From the IMG/VR virus record IMGVR_UViG_3300005613_000020, positions 32,885 through 96,884 of that record: DNA of 64,000 nucleotides; one strand, written 5' to 3'. The stretch is from a virus. Positions 44,508 to 55,064 of this stretch are shown here, one piece after another (the stretch's first letter is position 1; each line of letters starts with the position of its first letter). A model generated the notes under the pieces. It ran no database searches, had not been told where the DNA came from, and was given only the letters and a program-made list of their open reading frames with translations. The position numbers and the translations under genes are program-made.

Positions 44508-47270
44508 TTAATCTTCCTCCCTTTGGTTCTTCTTGTCTGCGTTGAAGTCCCTAAAAGCATCCTCCTCTAGCGGTTGTTTTGATGTACTTGTTTCATGTGG
44601 CATATTAGCAGGATGAGGCGGATGTCCGTCATGTGAATGGTATGTTACTCCTTTCTCAGTATGTGAGTTTTCCTCCCCACTTCCCGGTGGTGCATATTCT
44701 AATCCTTGCTCTCCACCTTCTCCTTCATATTCCTCATACCCTCCTCCTAGTCCTCCCATCATTCCACCCATTTGAGACATCTGCTGTTGCTGTTTTTCTT
44801 CTTCTGTCATTTCAGATACCTTAAAATCAATATCTTCAATTCCAGAGCTTTCAACCAACTCAACCTTGAACCCCATTTGCTGTAGCTGCATTGCTGTCAT
44901 TGTCTTTTGTTGCATGAATTGGGCTCTAGCCTGTTCAGACTTCTCTTCAGGATTCTTAAGAAGTAACTTCCATTCATTAATACCAAAATGATCTAACAAC
45001 CAAGGAAATATCTTATCATTGAATCTCTTTTGGTCTGATTCCACAACACGACTAGTCACAACTAATTGCTGGGTATTGCTAACCACTAAATCACCAGTAG
45101 CAATAACAAATGTATGATCTGATGTTTCAATATCATATACCCAAACCTTGTCAGAATCATCTCTTACAACAATCTTCTTAATTTCGTTTCTTGGTATTAC
45201 TCTTCTACTTGGTCTAGTAAGGATATAAACTGGGTTTTGTTTTTCACTTTCTGGTATATCGTATGCTAGGGATGTCTCGTAACCAAGAGAATTGCATAAA
45301 TACCTTACTCCAGCTATAAGAACAGAATCAACACTCTTCACTTCCCAAGCGTTTTCTTTTCTGCCATCTCCTGCGTAATAACCGTCAATAAAAGCTCTCT
45401 TTACTTCGTCAGTACCATTCAATACCTCCATAGGTACCTTCTTAATATTATACGAAATCTTCTTCTTTCCACCACGCCCGTATTTCTGATCATATTCGCT
45501 CAAGCACATTCTGCGGAGTTCGTTTACAATAGATTTTCCATATATAGTAAGCCTAGAAATTCCCCTGTACTTCTTTATAGTAGTTTTCTTCAAAAATCTA
45601 TCTTCCACTGCTTTTTTCGCTCTCTCAAGGAGGGAAACGTCTATATTAGTCCAATTTGCTCCTGCCTTATTGGAATAAATGTCTCCTTCAGCACACCACA
45701 GCCCTAGCGACCATGCAAATTCCTCTGATATATCGCTGGAAGAATCAACTGTACTAAGCCTGTTTGTTTTGATCCTTGTACCAACTTCAAAATCCCTAGC
45801 GTCTAACCATAAACCGTCTTCGGTTTTCATAGCATGATTTCCTGTGATGTTTACAATACCGTCTCCAGATATAATTGATCTTATTTCGTTTATGTTTCTG
45901 TGCCTATACGCTCCGTTTATATCTGACCAACCGCCTTCAGTCCATACCTCAAGATTTTTTGGTGTTTTCCTATACCAAGTATCCGAATGCTCCTTATACA
46001 ATGATGCAATAGGTATAATGTCTAAATATTTGCCGTCTACTCTAACATAGATAGGAGTTTCTCCTGTAACAGACTGAGTTGCAATACCACCTGAAGTTTC
46101 TTGTGCTGACATCCAAATCGGAGATACACCCCACATAGCAGCAATTCTATCCCGAACATCATTCTTGATCGGAAGATAATCCGTCTCTAGTAGATTGTGA
46201 AATAGCTTAACGAAATCAACACGACCTCTTGATCCTTGTCTTGCTGAATAAGCAATCATAGGCATGTAATCAGGATCAACACGCATCTTTGCTTCTATGT
46301 TTGCTCTCTCCCTTCTAAGACCTTCGGGATCATCAGTAGCTACAAGAAGCATCCCAGCAGGCAACTTACGTTCAAAGAAATATCGGTAAATAGTCTTGTC
46401 CATACCCACTAGTGATAATATCTTGTCATACAATGTAATTAAAGGGGAAACTCCAAATGTCTCCATAACAGAAAACTTGCTTAGATGTAAAACCTCTTCC
46501 TCAAGAAGGTATATTGGATCGGTTCCCTGGTGATAGTATATCCACATAACAGGAACTAAATCCGCTTTACATTTCTTGCATTTGCCTTTTTTTGGTTCCT
46601 TCTCATCTCTATGAAAGTAACATGTAAATGTCTTATTCTTTGGAAGTCCCTTATCATCCAAATCTAAATCCATCATTGCAGGATGAAGAACACGAATTTC
46701 TTTTGGCTTGCTCATTACTTTGTTTCCTGCATTAATATATTCCTTTCTAACATAAAGGAACGCATCATCTGCCCAGTTTAAGCAATCCTCGTACGATCCG
46801 AATAATTCGTTTAGGGATTGTCCAAATATGTTCGCATCTTCCATAAAGGGGGTAAGCTTGTCTTTCTGCTTTTCATCGGGTTTTCTAAATTCTTTTTCTC
46901 CACATTTTTCGCATTCCTCAACCACTTTCTGGTATTCAGACCCACACTTCTCGCACTTAAGTTCAAATTTAGGAGACCAAATATACCCTCTCCTAAATAC
47001 CTCATTTCTAATAATCGAAATTGGGCTACGAACTTCAGCTACAGTTAGATATAAACTCCATAAGTCTAATAGAAGATGTCTTCTATATCCAACTCTTTGC
47101 TGAATCCACGCATTAGTGAATCTATCAGATCCTAACGCCTTCGGAGTATACTTACTACCTTCCTGCTTAGACATTTGATCAAAAAAATCTACAAACTGAT
47201 CTAGTTTGTGCATCTCTGAATATTTGTGTGTAACTCCAGGAACAAAGTCTGATAATTTAGCCATATCCAA
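44508..47270 (-). CDS. Portal protein with Zn-ribbon insertions and an intein
   Basis: After TerL; DDAFLY, FGVSPL, YFFERKLPAG, IAAMWGVSP; CEKC x2. Confidence 0.9.
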   Translation of the reverse strand: MDMAKLSDFVPGVTHKYSEMHKLDQFVDFFDQMSKQEGSKYTPKALGSDRFTNAWIQQRVGYRRHLLLDLWSLYLTVAEVRSPISIIRNEVFRRGYIWSPKFELKCEKCGSEYQKVVEECEKCGEKEFRKPDEKQKDKLTPFMEDANIFGQSLNELFGSYEDCLNWADDAFLYVRKEYINAGNKVMSKPKEIRVLHPAMMDLDLDDKGLPKNKTFTCYFHRDEKEPKKGKCKKCKADLVPVMWIYYHQGTDPIYLLEEEVLHLSKFSVMETFGVSPLITLYDKILSLVGMDKTIYRYFFERKLPAGMLLVATDDPEGLRRERANIEAKMRVDPDYMPMIAYSARQGSRGRVDFVKLFHNLLETDYLPIKNDVRDRIAAMWGVSPIWMSAQETSGGIATQSVTGETPIYVRVDGKYLDIIPIASLYKEHSDTWYRKTPKNLEVWTEGGWSDINGAYRHRNINEIRSIISGDGIVNITGNHAMKTEDGLWLDARDFEVGTRIKTNRLSTVDSSSDISEEFAWSLGLWCAEGDIYSNKAGANWTNIDVSLLERAKKAVEDRFLKKTTIKKYRGISRLTIYGKSIVNELRRMCLSEYDQKYGRGGKKKISYNIKKVPMEVLNGTDEVKRAFIDGYYAGDGRKENAWEVKSVDSVLIAGVRYLCNSLGYETSLAYDIPESEKQNPVYILTRPSRRVIPRNEIKKIVVRDDSDKVWVYDIETSDHTFVIATGDLVVSNTQQLVVTSRVVESDQKRFNDKIFPWLLDHFGINEWKLLLKNPEEKSEQARAQFMQQKTMTAMQLQQMGFKVELVESSGIEDIDFKVSEMTEEEKQQQQMSQMGGMMGGLGGGYEEYEGEGGEQGLEYAPPGSGEENSHTEKGVTYHSHDGHPPHPANMPHETSTSKQPLEEDAFRDFNADKKNQREED
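45075..46073 (-). mobile_element. Intein (333 aa, Ser-initiated) with LAGLIDADG endonuclease
   Basis: SVTGETP...TGNH...VYDIET...VSN|T; LGLWCAEG and FIDGYYAGDG. Confidence 0.92.
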
Positions 47271-47278
47271 CTCCTTAG

Positions 47279-47662
47279 CTATCGTCCTAGTTTTCTAACT
47301 TGCCGAGTTCCTACAATCTTCACCACGGCATCGATAGCGTATCTCTCTAGATCTTCTGTAGATTGTTCCTCATAGAGTTCCTCATCAACAACGTTTTCCA
47401 CGGAAGACTCTTTATTTGTTTCTATACTCTTCTTACCAATACCTAATCTATTCCTCTCATCTAGAAGAGCCATAACTGCTAACCCAGGTAATATAGTAAC
47501 CGCAGGGTGATCATCTGGAATCTCGTCGTCCAAATTTGAGATAGTTACTATAGCTTCATGTTGTAAGTCTAAAATTCTCCAAACATCTGTCAGTTCATTA
47601 TATAGGACTGCATATCTACCGTCCATTCCACCTAACTCTGGAATCATACTAAATCTTGACAT
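47279..47662 (-). CDS. Hypothetical protein between TerL and portal
   Basis: Compact ORF, GGAGG upstream. Confidence 0.7.
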   Translation of the reverse strand: MSRFSMIPELGGMDGRYAVLYNELTDVWRILDLQHEAIVTISNLDDEIPDDHPAVTILPGLAVMALLDERNRLGIGKKSIETNKESSVENVVDEELYEEQSTEDLERYAIDAVVKIVGTRQVRKLGR

Positions 47663-47665
47663 TTT

Positions 47666-50482
47666 CTATTCCTCCTTCCATTCTCCTTCTTTTTTTACCC
47701 ACTTGGAACCACACATAAGACACTTTCTCTTCTCTGCTTCGTCTGGGGTAACTCTAAGAGCACCATTACGATATATGTATTCTCCATTCTCACATCGGCA
47801 ACATACTTCGATTGGTGGTTCTTTCTTATATGTCAGCTTGTCCTTCATTATCTTTTGGACATCTATACTATTATACCCCATTCCAAAATGTTTCTCAAGT
47901 AATGATGCTTCTTTGGTGGGTCCATATTCATCCGATGGTGCTGTTTGCAAATTCCCTATTTCAGTAAACTTGTTTGAAGAACCTTCATAGAAACAAAGAG
48001 CTAGAGAGTCTCCTTTGTCGGGAGATTTAAGACCCCTCTTCTTCATATCTGACTTACTCTCAATAGCTAGCTGACCCCTTGGATTGTAAACATATTTTAT
48101 CCTGGTAATCTGCTCTATCAAATCTGTGTCATTAGGAATTCTTATCTCTTTGTTTTTGAACTTTAGCCGAAGATTCCAAAATATTTCCGCCCTAAGATTT
48201 GCAAAATGCTCTGAATCAAATGCTCTCTCAGCAACATTTACACCACACACATCTAGTTCTAATTGGTTTAGCCTATCTACTACACCAGCACCTATTCCAA
48301 TAATATCTATATTCTTGTGAGTAGGGTTATAATCACTTATAGCACTCATCATACGACCAACGGTATACATAGTGTCCTCTTGTGACCATTCCTGTATTTC
48401 TGTGACTACTTCGTCTCTTCTAGCTGTTAATACACTGCTATCGTCACCAAAACGGGCTATATCAAGACCTAGCCCTACTACAGGATCTTCTGGGGGAGTA
48501 AACTCATCTAGGCTACTGTATACGGCCCTTTCCGCCCAAGCCAATGGTATCAGTGTGTCTACTGTATTAGTTGGAAATTCTCCTTTTACACGAACTTGGT
48601 AAAGAGGGCTCTCAATTCCCCAATCATAAGCCATCTGAGCAGCCCATTTAGGAGATACCAAATATGGTCTAGGCAATACTGAATCCCCTAGAAGATTCTC
48701 CCAAGAACCATCTAGTATGTTCTCCTCTGTAATTCCAAATTTAGCAAAATTAGGTGTATCATAAGCACTTACATGATATGTTTTGTACGCTTTGCTCTTG
48801 AAACTATCTCCAAACTTTGTAGCCTCATCCGTAGGATTTCCAATTAAAAGAAGCTTAGATGTTTCTCCAGCAGCTATGATACCTTCGATAGCCTCATAAA
48901 TAGGAACTTCAACACCAGAATTTCCAGACCACATGCAATATCCATTTCTTCTAGTTAATATAAGATGATACGGAGGTACATTAACGCAATACACATTTCC
49001 TTCATAGTGTATAATATCTATTTCTTCTTTCTTAACTACAAAATTTTTCTTTCCTTTCAGCCTGAGTACTTGGTAATGGTCTTTCGATGCTTTGGTTTCT
49101 TTTCCCCGAATATTCTTCTTCGTACCTTTTTTCACTGCTACTCTATAGCTTGAATCATAACCTAATTTCAATAGCATTTCTTGTATATCGTCCCTCATCT
49201 TGCTAGAAGAAGTACAATAGACAATAACCCCGTTACCATTGTCATAACCATCACCCATAGCAAAACTATTGAGAAAAGCTTCTATTATATCTGGTGTTGC
49301 GTTTTTTATTTCTTCAGGAACATATTTATCAATTGATCTTCCATACTTACTTAATTCCAAAACTAATTGTTTAGAACCTATGGTTATCTTATTGTGTTTC
49401 TTACGCTCATTAGGATAAAATCCTATGTTATTTATAGAGTCAACTATTCTATCCCAATTAGATCTATTTTTGGTATAACTCTGATTTATAAACGCTGTAT
49501 AACCGTCACTAGAACAACACCCCTCGGATAAATACCATCCCATAAATACAGCCCAATTTTTCATGGAAATCTTTTTTTCTGTATAGTCGATTCCTCTTGT
49601 TCTTGCTAACTCTTTCAACACTTTAGTATCCTGTCTCGTTCCAATCCAAGAGCATTTCTTATCTATCTTAAATTGAGGACTACTTATATCCTTCATGGGC
49701 TTTAATTCCCATTTTTCTTTCTTTGTTAATGGATTTGAAATCCACATCTTATGACTAGGAGTAACGCAAAAATTACGACCCGGCTTTTTACATTCATACA
49801 TATCACCGTTATACGGATATATATAATACTCTTCGGGTTTCTTAAAAAATGCCACATTAGTTATCGGATTCTTTGTCAATACTTCATCTTCTTCTGTTAA
49901 ATCACCAAATAATTTCCATCCGTGATTAGTTAATATCTCTGTGTCGCAGCTATGACAGGCTTCGTCCACGATTACGAGAACATTGGTATTATGAAATCCT
50001 TGAAAGGCCACCAAATTATGCTCATCTGTTGAAAACCCTATTCCAAACCACTTCTCCTTATCACTCATATCAAGTCGTGTAGTAAGTAGTCTACCTCCTA
50101 AAGGTTTCCTTGCTTTATGATAAAGCGAAGCTATTTCATTCCATAGGATCTCTCTAACCTGTCTTCCTGTTGGAGCAGTAGTTACTACAGTTGATGGCCT
50201 ATACGTATGAAGGAAATAGAGAACTACACAAGCTGCTAGGTTTGTCTTACCAATAGCATTACATGACTTTACCGATACTCGTTCTTCTTTGTCAATTGCT
50301 CTAACTATTTTCTTTTGCTCTTCCCAAAGGCTTATACCTAGAACTTCTTCAACAAACTCTACAGGTCGTCCTCTATAACTAGAATAGTCAACATCAGATA
50401 CCTCTCCAAGCTCTAAAAAGTCAGCTAACTTCTCAAATCCAGTAGATACTGATACAAGACTACTTTTCTTCACATACGTCAC
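47666..50482 (-). CDS. terL: Terminase large subunit with intein and C-terminal Zn ribbon
   Basis: SCNAIGKT Walker A, VIVDEA Walker B, IGNP, GLDIARFGDD and SPDKGDS nuclease motifs. Confidence 0.95.
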   Translation of the reverse strand: MTYVKKSSLVSVSTGFEKLADFLELGEVSDVDYSSYRGRPVEFVEEVLGISLWEEQKKIVRAIDKEERVSVKSCNAIGKTNLAACVVLYFLHTYRPSTVVTTAPTGRQVREILWNEIASLYHKARKPLGGRLLTTRLDMSDKEKWFGIGFSTDEHNLVAFQGFHNTNVLVIVDEACHSCDTEILTNHGWKLFGDLTEEDEVLTKNPITNVAFFKKPEEYYIYPYNGDMYECKKPGRNFCVTPSHKMWISNPLTKKEKWELKPMKDISSPQFKIDKKCSWIGTRQDTKVLKELARTRGIDYTEKKISMKNWAVFMGWYLSEGCCSSDGYTAFINQSYTKNRSNWDRIVDSINNIGFYPNERKKHNKITIGSKQLVLELSKYGRSIDKYVPEEIKNATPDIIEAFLNSFAMGDGYDNGNGVIVYCTSSSKMRDDIQEMLLKLGYDSSYRVAVKKGTKKNIRGKETKASKDHYQVLRLKGKKNFVVKKEEIDIIHYEGNVYCVNVPPYHLILTRRNGYCMWSGNSGVEVPIYEAIEGIIAAGETSKLLLIGNPTDEATKFGDSFKSKAYKTYHVSAYDTPNFAKFGITEENILDGSWENLLGDSVLPRPYLVSPKWAAQMAYDWGIESPLYQVRVKGEFPTNTVDTLIPLAWAERAVYSSLDEFTPPEDPVVGLGLDIARFGDDSSVLTARRDEVVTEIQEWSQEDTMYTVGRMMSAISDYNPTHKNIDIIGIGAGVVDRLNQLELDVCGVNVAERAFDSEHFANLRAEIFWNLRLKFKNKEIRIPNDTDLIEQITRIKYVYNPRGQLAIESKSDMKKRGLKSPDKGDSLALCFYEGSSNKFTEIGNLQTAPSDEYGPTKEASLLEKHFGMGYNSIDVQKIMKDKLTYKKEPPIEVCCRCENGEYIYRNGALRVTPDEAEKRKCLMCGSKWVKKEGEWKEE
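48920..49957 (-). mobile_element. Intein (346 aa) with LAGLIDADG endonuclease, just after Walker B
   Basis: DEA|CHSCDTEILT...VTPSH...VYCVNV...WSGN|S; GWYLSEG and FAMGDG. Confidence 0.93.
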
Positions 50483-51051
50483 TAAGCACCTCTAGTTTGC
50501 CACTTTGCAGCAAGTTCTCTCAACTTTCTAACTACTCTCTCCCTGTCATCAGGATCATTTATCTCTGTGTCCAAAACCTCAACTACTTCCGATATAAACT
50601 GCATTGCAACTAAACCCATAACAACTTGACGCTCACCTTTTATCCCAACGTCAATCATCTCAGCAATATCCTTACCTGATTTAACAATTACACTATCAAG
50701 GTTATCGTATGCTTTCTCGTGTAATTTCTTATACGTTTGAACATGTTGCTTAGTCTGTTCCGCTATGTCGTAAGCTTCCTCTTCTATTAGCTCCGCTGAA
50801 GTCATTAAAACTACACCCTTCTCAGCTTGCCAATTGTACCTCCTAGACCAACGCAAAACAGTTACGTCTGTAGTCTTGGTATCCCACTTCTCTCTAATTT
50901 CCCTAGCAATAACCTGGTTAGGTATGTTTTCTAAATATCTCCTATGAGCGTATTCTACAATCTCGTTGGAATATCTCCTACGCTTGTTTCCTTCGGGCTT
51001 TCCTAGTACTTGTCTATTCTTCTTAGATACCCTAGCTTTCTTCTTAGTCAT
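50482..51051 (-). CDS. terS: Terminase small subunit
   Basis: Directly upstream of TerL; HTH-like TVLRWSRRYNW then coiled coil; start taken at MTKKK. Confidence 0.65.
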   Translation of the reverse strand: MTKKKARVSKKNRQVLGKPEGNKRRRYSNEIVEYAHRRYLENIPNQVIAREIREKWDTKTTDVTVLRWSRRYNWQAEKGVVLMTSAELIEEEAYDIAEQTKQHVQTYKKLHEKAYDNLDSVIVKSGKDIAEMIDVGIKGERQVVMGLVAMQFISEVVEVLDTEINDPDDRERVVRKLRELAAKWQTRGA

Positions 51052-51347
51052 CCTATATTTCCCCCTTGGGGATATTTTGCCCAATCCATATGACCTTTTC
51101 TCTTTCGTGCGCTGTAGTTCATGCATTCTGGTATTTCATGCTCAATACATCCTTGAGTTATCTTTCGTAATCTTATATACAAATTCTCACAACTACACAT
51201 CCCTCTAATAACATCATCTTCAAACGGGGTTACCATCCTCTTGTCTTCCCCAAACCAATGGTCCTCGTCAGTAGGTTCATTGAACAAGCAATCGTATCTG
51301 TTACAAAAAATCATTTTTTCCTCCTTTTCAAATTCTATTAGATTCAA
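51048..51347 (-). CDS. Cys-rich hypothetical protein
   Basis: CNRYDC...C.C...C. Confidence 0.6.
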   Translation of the reverse strand: MNLIEFEKEEKMIFCNRYDCLFNEPTDEDHWFGEDKRMVTPFEDDVIRGMCSCENLYIRLRKITQGCIEHEIPECMNYSARKRKGHMDWAKYPQGGNIG

Positions 51348-51358
51348 CTAACTCATTT

Positions 51359-51991
51359 TCATTTAACCAAATTTCCCCATTGAAAAGCCATTGCCTTTGC
51401 TACTCTAGGAAAAGTCTTGCTTCTTAGTTTAGCTCTTTCGTCCTTTGGCAGTTTCCAAGCATCGGCATACCAAGCAGGCATAGTTTTACCGCTCTTAAAT
51501 TCTTTTCTTGGTGCAGGTTCTACTATATTCGTAGGAGTTAAGTTAGGAAGACCCTTGAGCCAAAGGCATGTCTTCTTTTCAAAGGGGTCACCAAATTGAT
51601 AGGGTTGTATTATTTGGTCTGGCTTTCTCCACTCGCTTGACATAATACCAACAGGGTTTTCGATTGCTATTTTTTTACAATTCGCATTAGCAAAAAGCAT
51701 AAAAAATCTTATTGCTTCTTTTCTGTCCTCGTGTCGTTTTATTGCTTTATCCCCGTAACGTTCAACATTAAACCACCTGTTTCCAGTAACAGTTAAATAT
51801 GTGCATGGAGGAAATGCAATAATCATGTCCCACTGTTCTTTCAAAAGTTCTGTTACATCTTGTTGTAAATGCCATTCTGGATGACCACCACTACATGACA
51901 ATATATCGCAAGAGTATGCTTTAATACCTAACACTCGCATCTCTTTTGTTACGGCTTGTGATTCCTCACAAGCGATCAGAACTTTGCTCAT
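51359..51991 (-). CDS. Phage DNA cytosine methyltransferase-like protein
   Basis: VLIACEES, SCD, FPPCT (catalytic PC), IENPV, KKTCLW, RSKTF. Confidence 0.8.
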   Translation of the reverse strand: MSKVLIACEESQAVTKEMRVLGIKAYSCDILSCSGGHPEWHLQQDVTELLKEQWDMIIAFPPCTYLTVTGNRWFNVERYGDKAIKRHEDRKEAIRFFMLFANANCKKIAIENPVGIMSSEWRKPDQIIQPYQFGDPFEKKTCLWLKGLPNLTPTNIVEPAPRKEFKSGKTMPAWYADAWKLPKDERAKLRSKTFPRVAKAMAFQWGNLVK

Positions 51992-52140
51992 CTTTCAACT
52001 CCTTGACTAATTTCTCGCTTGCATCCACTTTTCGGTAAATAATGAATCATATCCTGGAATGACTTTGTTGTTCCCCCCTCTTTTTCTGTTCTATACTCTA
52101 GTAACTCGTGTATGATTTCAACTAATTTACTACTATTCAT
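51988..52140 (-). CDS. Small hypothetical protein (50 aa, not in ORF track)
   Basis: GGAGGAG SD; ATGA overlap with MTase. Confidence 0.5.
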   Translation of the reverse strand: MNSSKLVEIIHELLEYRTEKEGGTTKSFQDMIHYLPKSGCKREISQGVER

Positions 52141-52150
52141 TTTTCTCCTC

Positions 52151-53722
52151 CTAGATGAAACACTCGTCTAAGGAACAACTAGGTTGAACTGGTGTTTCCT
52201 CTAGTGAACCCTCTCTGTAAAACGTTATGCTCTTCAATCCTATCCTTTGCGCTACATAAACCAACCCTGTTATTTGGTCTCTTGACGCACTGTTTGGCAG
52301 ATTAACCGTCTTCGCAACCCCTTGATCGACATATTTCTGAAATACAGAAGCCATCAATAGATGATTTCTTGGTGTTATATCATAAGCAGTCTTCACTGAG
52401 CTATCTATATTATACTCAACACTATATCCATCTGCTATGTTCCTACTGTATGTGCTATGAAAATGTGGCTCTATTCCTGTAGATACTCCCCCAGCTATTA
52501 TACTCAAAGATCCTGTTGGAGCTATTGACAACAAACTAACATTTCTTCTATTGAATCCTAATACAGTACCTTTTTCCTTTCCTAACTTCCCTGACATAGC
52601 AAAGGCCCTTCTTCTGATAAAATTCATAAGAACCTCAGCAAAAGCCAAAGATTCTGGACTACCATAATCCATATGAGACATTATAAGAACATCAGCCCAT
52701 CCCATTACGCCTAATCCTATTTTCCTTGACTGTTGTGTCTTTGTCTTTATTCTGGGTAAAGGATATGGCGTAATATCTATCACGTCGTCAAGAAATCTAA
52801 TGGCTAAATCAACTACTAATCCTAACTTATCCCAATTGAAATCTCCCTTATCCGCGTCAAAAAACTTAGGTAGATTAAGAGAGCCTAAAACACAGGATTC
52901 GTAAGGATGCAAAATCGCTTCCGAGCAAGGATTTGTTGCTGAAATTCTGCCAAACTGAGGTGTTAGATTGTACTTGTTAATCGTATCCTCAAATAAGATT
53001 CCAGGATCTCCTACTGACCATTGACAATCAATGATTTGGTCAAGAATGTCTCTTGCATTTACTTTTCTCTCAAATCCAGATGCATTATGTCTCAATACAA
53101 TGGAATTGCCAGCCTTTGCCTTCTTAAGAAAATCCATATCAATCATTACTGATAAATTGAAGTTCTGAAATCTATCATCACTAGTTCTCTTGCAGTTTAT
53201 AAAATCTTCAATATCTGGGTGATGACAGCTTAGAACTCCCATATTTGCCCCTCGTCTTACTCCTCCCTGCTTAACTACATCAGTCATCGTATCATAAAGA
53301 TGCATAAAACTGACTGGACCTGAAGCAGATCCTCCAGATGATATTGTAGATCCAGTAGGCCTAATCTTATCAAATGAAAACCCTGTTCCTCCACCCTCTT
53401 GGTGTATTATAGCAGCATGTTTCAAAGTACCAAATATACTACTCATCTTATCTTCGATAGGTAGCAAAAAACAAGCCGCGCAACACCCTTTTCCGTTACC
53501 TGCATTGAATAGCGTAGGACTATTAGGTAGCCATTCAAGATCGCTCATCATCCTGAAGAATTCCTTCTTATACTTGTTTCTCTTTGATTTCTTTTCAGCC
53601 ATTGACACCGCTTCAGCAACACGATAAAACATAGTTTCTGGAAGCTCTACCACATTTCCATCAACATCTCTCTTAAGATATCTGTATTCTAATAGATACT
53701 TAGCATCGTCTGTTAGTTCCAT
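52151..53722 (-). CDS. nrdJ: Class II (B12-dependent) ribonucleotide reductase
   Basis: PNSPTLFNAG, QGGVRRGANM, TNPCSE, CVLGSLNL, APTGS, C-terminal CxxxxC; no beta-subunit gene nearby. Confidence 0.85.
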   Translation of the reverse strand: MELTDDAKYLLEYRYLKRDVDGNVVELPETMFYRVAEAVSMAEKKSKRNKYKKEFFRMMSDLEWLPNSPTLFNAGNGKGCCAACFLLPIEDKMSSIFGTLKHAAIIHQEGGGTGFSFDKIRPTGSTISSGGSASGPVSFMHLYDTMTDVVKQGGVRRGANMGVLSCHHPDIEDFINCKRTSDDRFQNFNLSVMIDMDFLKKAKAGNSIVLRHNASGFERKVNARDILDQIIDCQWSVGDPGILFEDTINKYNLTPQFGRISATNPCSEAILHPYESCVLGSLNLPKFFDADKGDFNWDKLGLVVDLAIRFLDDVIDITPYPLPRIKTKTQQSRKIGLGVMGWADVLIMSHMDYGSPESLAFAEVLMNFIRRRAFAMSGKLGKEKGTVLGFNRRNVSLLSIAPTGSLSIIAGGVSTGIEPHFHSTYSRNIADGYSVEYNIDSSVKTAYDITPRNHLLMASVFQKYVDQGVAKTVNLPNSASRDQITGLVYVAQRIGLKSITFYREGSLEETPVQPSCSLDECFI

Positions 53723-53724
53723 GT

Positions 53725-54219
53725 CTAGTAACTCCTATCGACCAAACTTCTCATGTACTCAGCTAAGCACAAAGCATCAAAACAATGTTGACTTTGTTTC
53801 TTTAGCAATATTTCCCAATCCAAATCATATTTCGTAATAGCATATCTTTTGATTATGTCTTTGTCAACTCTAGCTGTACCTAAAATAGCTTTCTTCCATA
53901 CCAGATTCTGAACTGATTCATACTGTATTTTGCTGTCATGCAGATGCTTACAAACAAGCGCGTCAACTTCGCTCAACATCATAGTTGTCTTAGGATTCTG
54001 TATCATGACCGGAGCTTCTACTCCTATCAAACCAAGCTCTCCGTACTGTTTTACGAATGCTGGAAGACAAGCAATCCACTCATCAATCATCTTGAATATC
54101 CTCATTTGCCAATATTTCTCTTTCTTATCTCCTACAATCTGAAGGAAATGGGGGATCTCTCCGTCTAGCACTACAAGAGATAGCTGTTTTGAATCTACGT
54201 CAATACCACCATGTAGCAT
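53725..54219 (-). CDS. RuvC-like Holliday junction resolvase
   Basis: GIDVDS, GVEAP, WKKAILG, DALCLA. Confidence 0.75.
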   Translation of the reverse strand: MLHGGIDVDSKQLSLVVLDGEIPHFLQIVGDKKEKYWQMRIFKMIDEWIACLPAFVKQYGELGLIGVEAPVMIQNPKTTMMLSEVDALVCKHLHDSKIQYESVQNLVWKKAILGTARVDKDIIKRYAITKYDLDWEILLKKQSQHCFDALCLAEYMRSLVDRSY

Positions 54220-54748
54220 CTTCGATTACTCTCCTTACAGCTTCCCCTGCTTCTTTGTACCTTTCCTCTGGCGAACCTCTCAAGATGACCACTTCATCTT
54301 CTACATTTGCGACATACTCTTCTATCGCGCACTCTACTATCAACCTCTCTACTTCATCTAGTCTCCTAGCTCCGTTATCTATCATAGGTATATCTTCTAT
54401 CATAGTCCATAGAGCTAAGTTATATCGGTAACTTCCTAGTACTTTCTCTACGTCTTCTAATAAGTCTGGTCTGTTCAGCTTTGTGTAAATGATGGAATGA
54501 TATAAATGAGAATCAGTAACTAGACCAATATTTCCGGATGCTCCAGCCATATTAGATGTATAATCTTCATAAAACTTCTGTCTCTTTGTGATTTCTAATT
54601 GGTCTATATCTTTTCCTATTTCCATCCCACGGGCTATACAATCAGCGGCATACTCATGAACATACCTTAAAGGAAAATCCTCTACTAATAGCTTCGCTAT
54701 TGTTGTCTTCCCTGTACACGGGGCTCCTATCATTGCTATTCTAATCAC
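54200..54748 (-). CDS. P-loop kinase/ATPase (NadR/AAA_28-like)
   Basis: GAPCTGKTT, EYA, DNGAR, GSPEER; start moved to GTG 54748. Confidence 0.75.
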   Translation of the reverse strand: MIRIAMIGAPCTGKTTIAKLLVEDFPLRYVHEYAADCIARGMEIGKDIDQLEITKRQKFYEDYTSNMAGASGNIGLVTDSHLYHSIIYTKLNRPDLLEDVEKVLGSYRYNLALWTMIEDIPMIDNGARRLDEVERLIVECAIEEYVANVEDEVVILRGSPEERYKEAGEAVRRVIEDATWWY

Positions 54749-54758
54749 TTTATCTCTA

Positions 54759-54828
54759 TTATACCGGCTGAAGTCAGCCGCTTTGCTACCTTTCTCCTGC
54801 AAATTCGTAGTGGAATGATTTGTTATAT
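54759..54828 (-). mobile_element. attC-like site 3 (degenerate)
   Basis: ATATAAC 3 nt after stop of 54832 ORF; AAATCATTCCA...TTTGC/GCAAA...GCGGCTGACTTCAGCC-GGTATAA. Confidence 0.5.
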
Positions 54829-54831
54829 AAA

Positions 54832-55047
54832 TTACTCCTTTTCAGCCAGATCTAGTATATCAAAATATTTGAGTTCACCAGACTGGTCTATACGATATAG
54901 CGCCGCTTCACTAGGATGTGTATCAAGGTATTTTGATACCTTCCAGTGGTCACGGACAGCTTGGCGAAACTTGTCATCCGTACCTCCTAGGCGAACTGCG
55001 TCACATATAGAAAGACCCCATCTTTCCCACTCTGGTGGATTATTCAT
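54832..55047 (-). CDS. Small hypothetical protein (putative cassette gene)
   Basis: GAGG SD; flanked by attC-like sites. Confidence 0.65.
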   Translation of the reverse strand: MNNPPEWERWGLSICDAVRLGGTDDKFRQAVRDHWKVSKYLDTHPSEAALYRIDQSGELKYFDILDLAEKE

Positions 55048-55064
55048 TCAACACCTCTAAAGCC

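Noticed and set aside
54749-54802. Annotated N-terminal extension of the P-loop kinase
   Set aside because: Overlaps the attC-like palindrome; GTG at 54748 places the Walker A near the N-terminus as expected for the family
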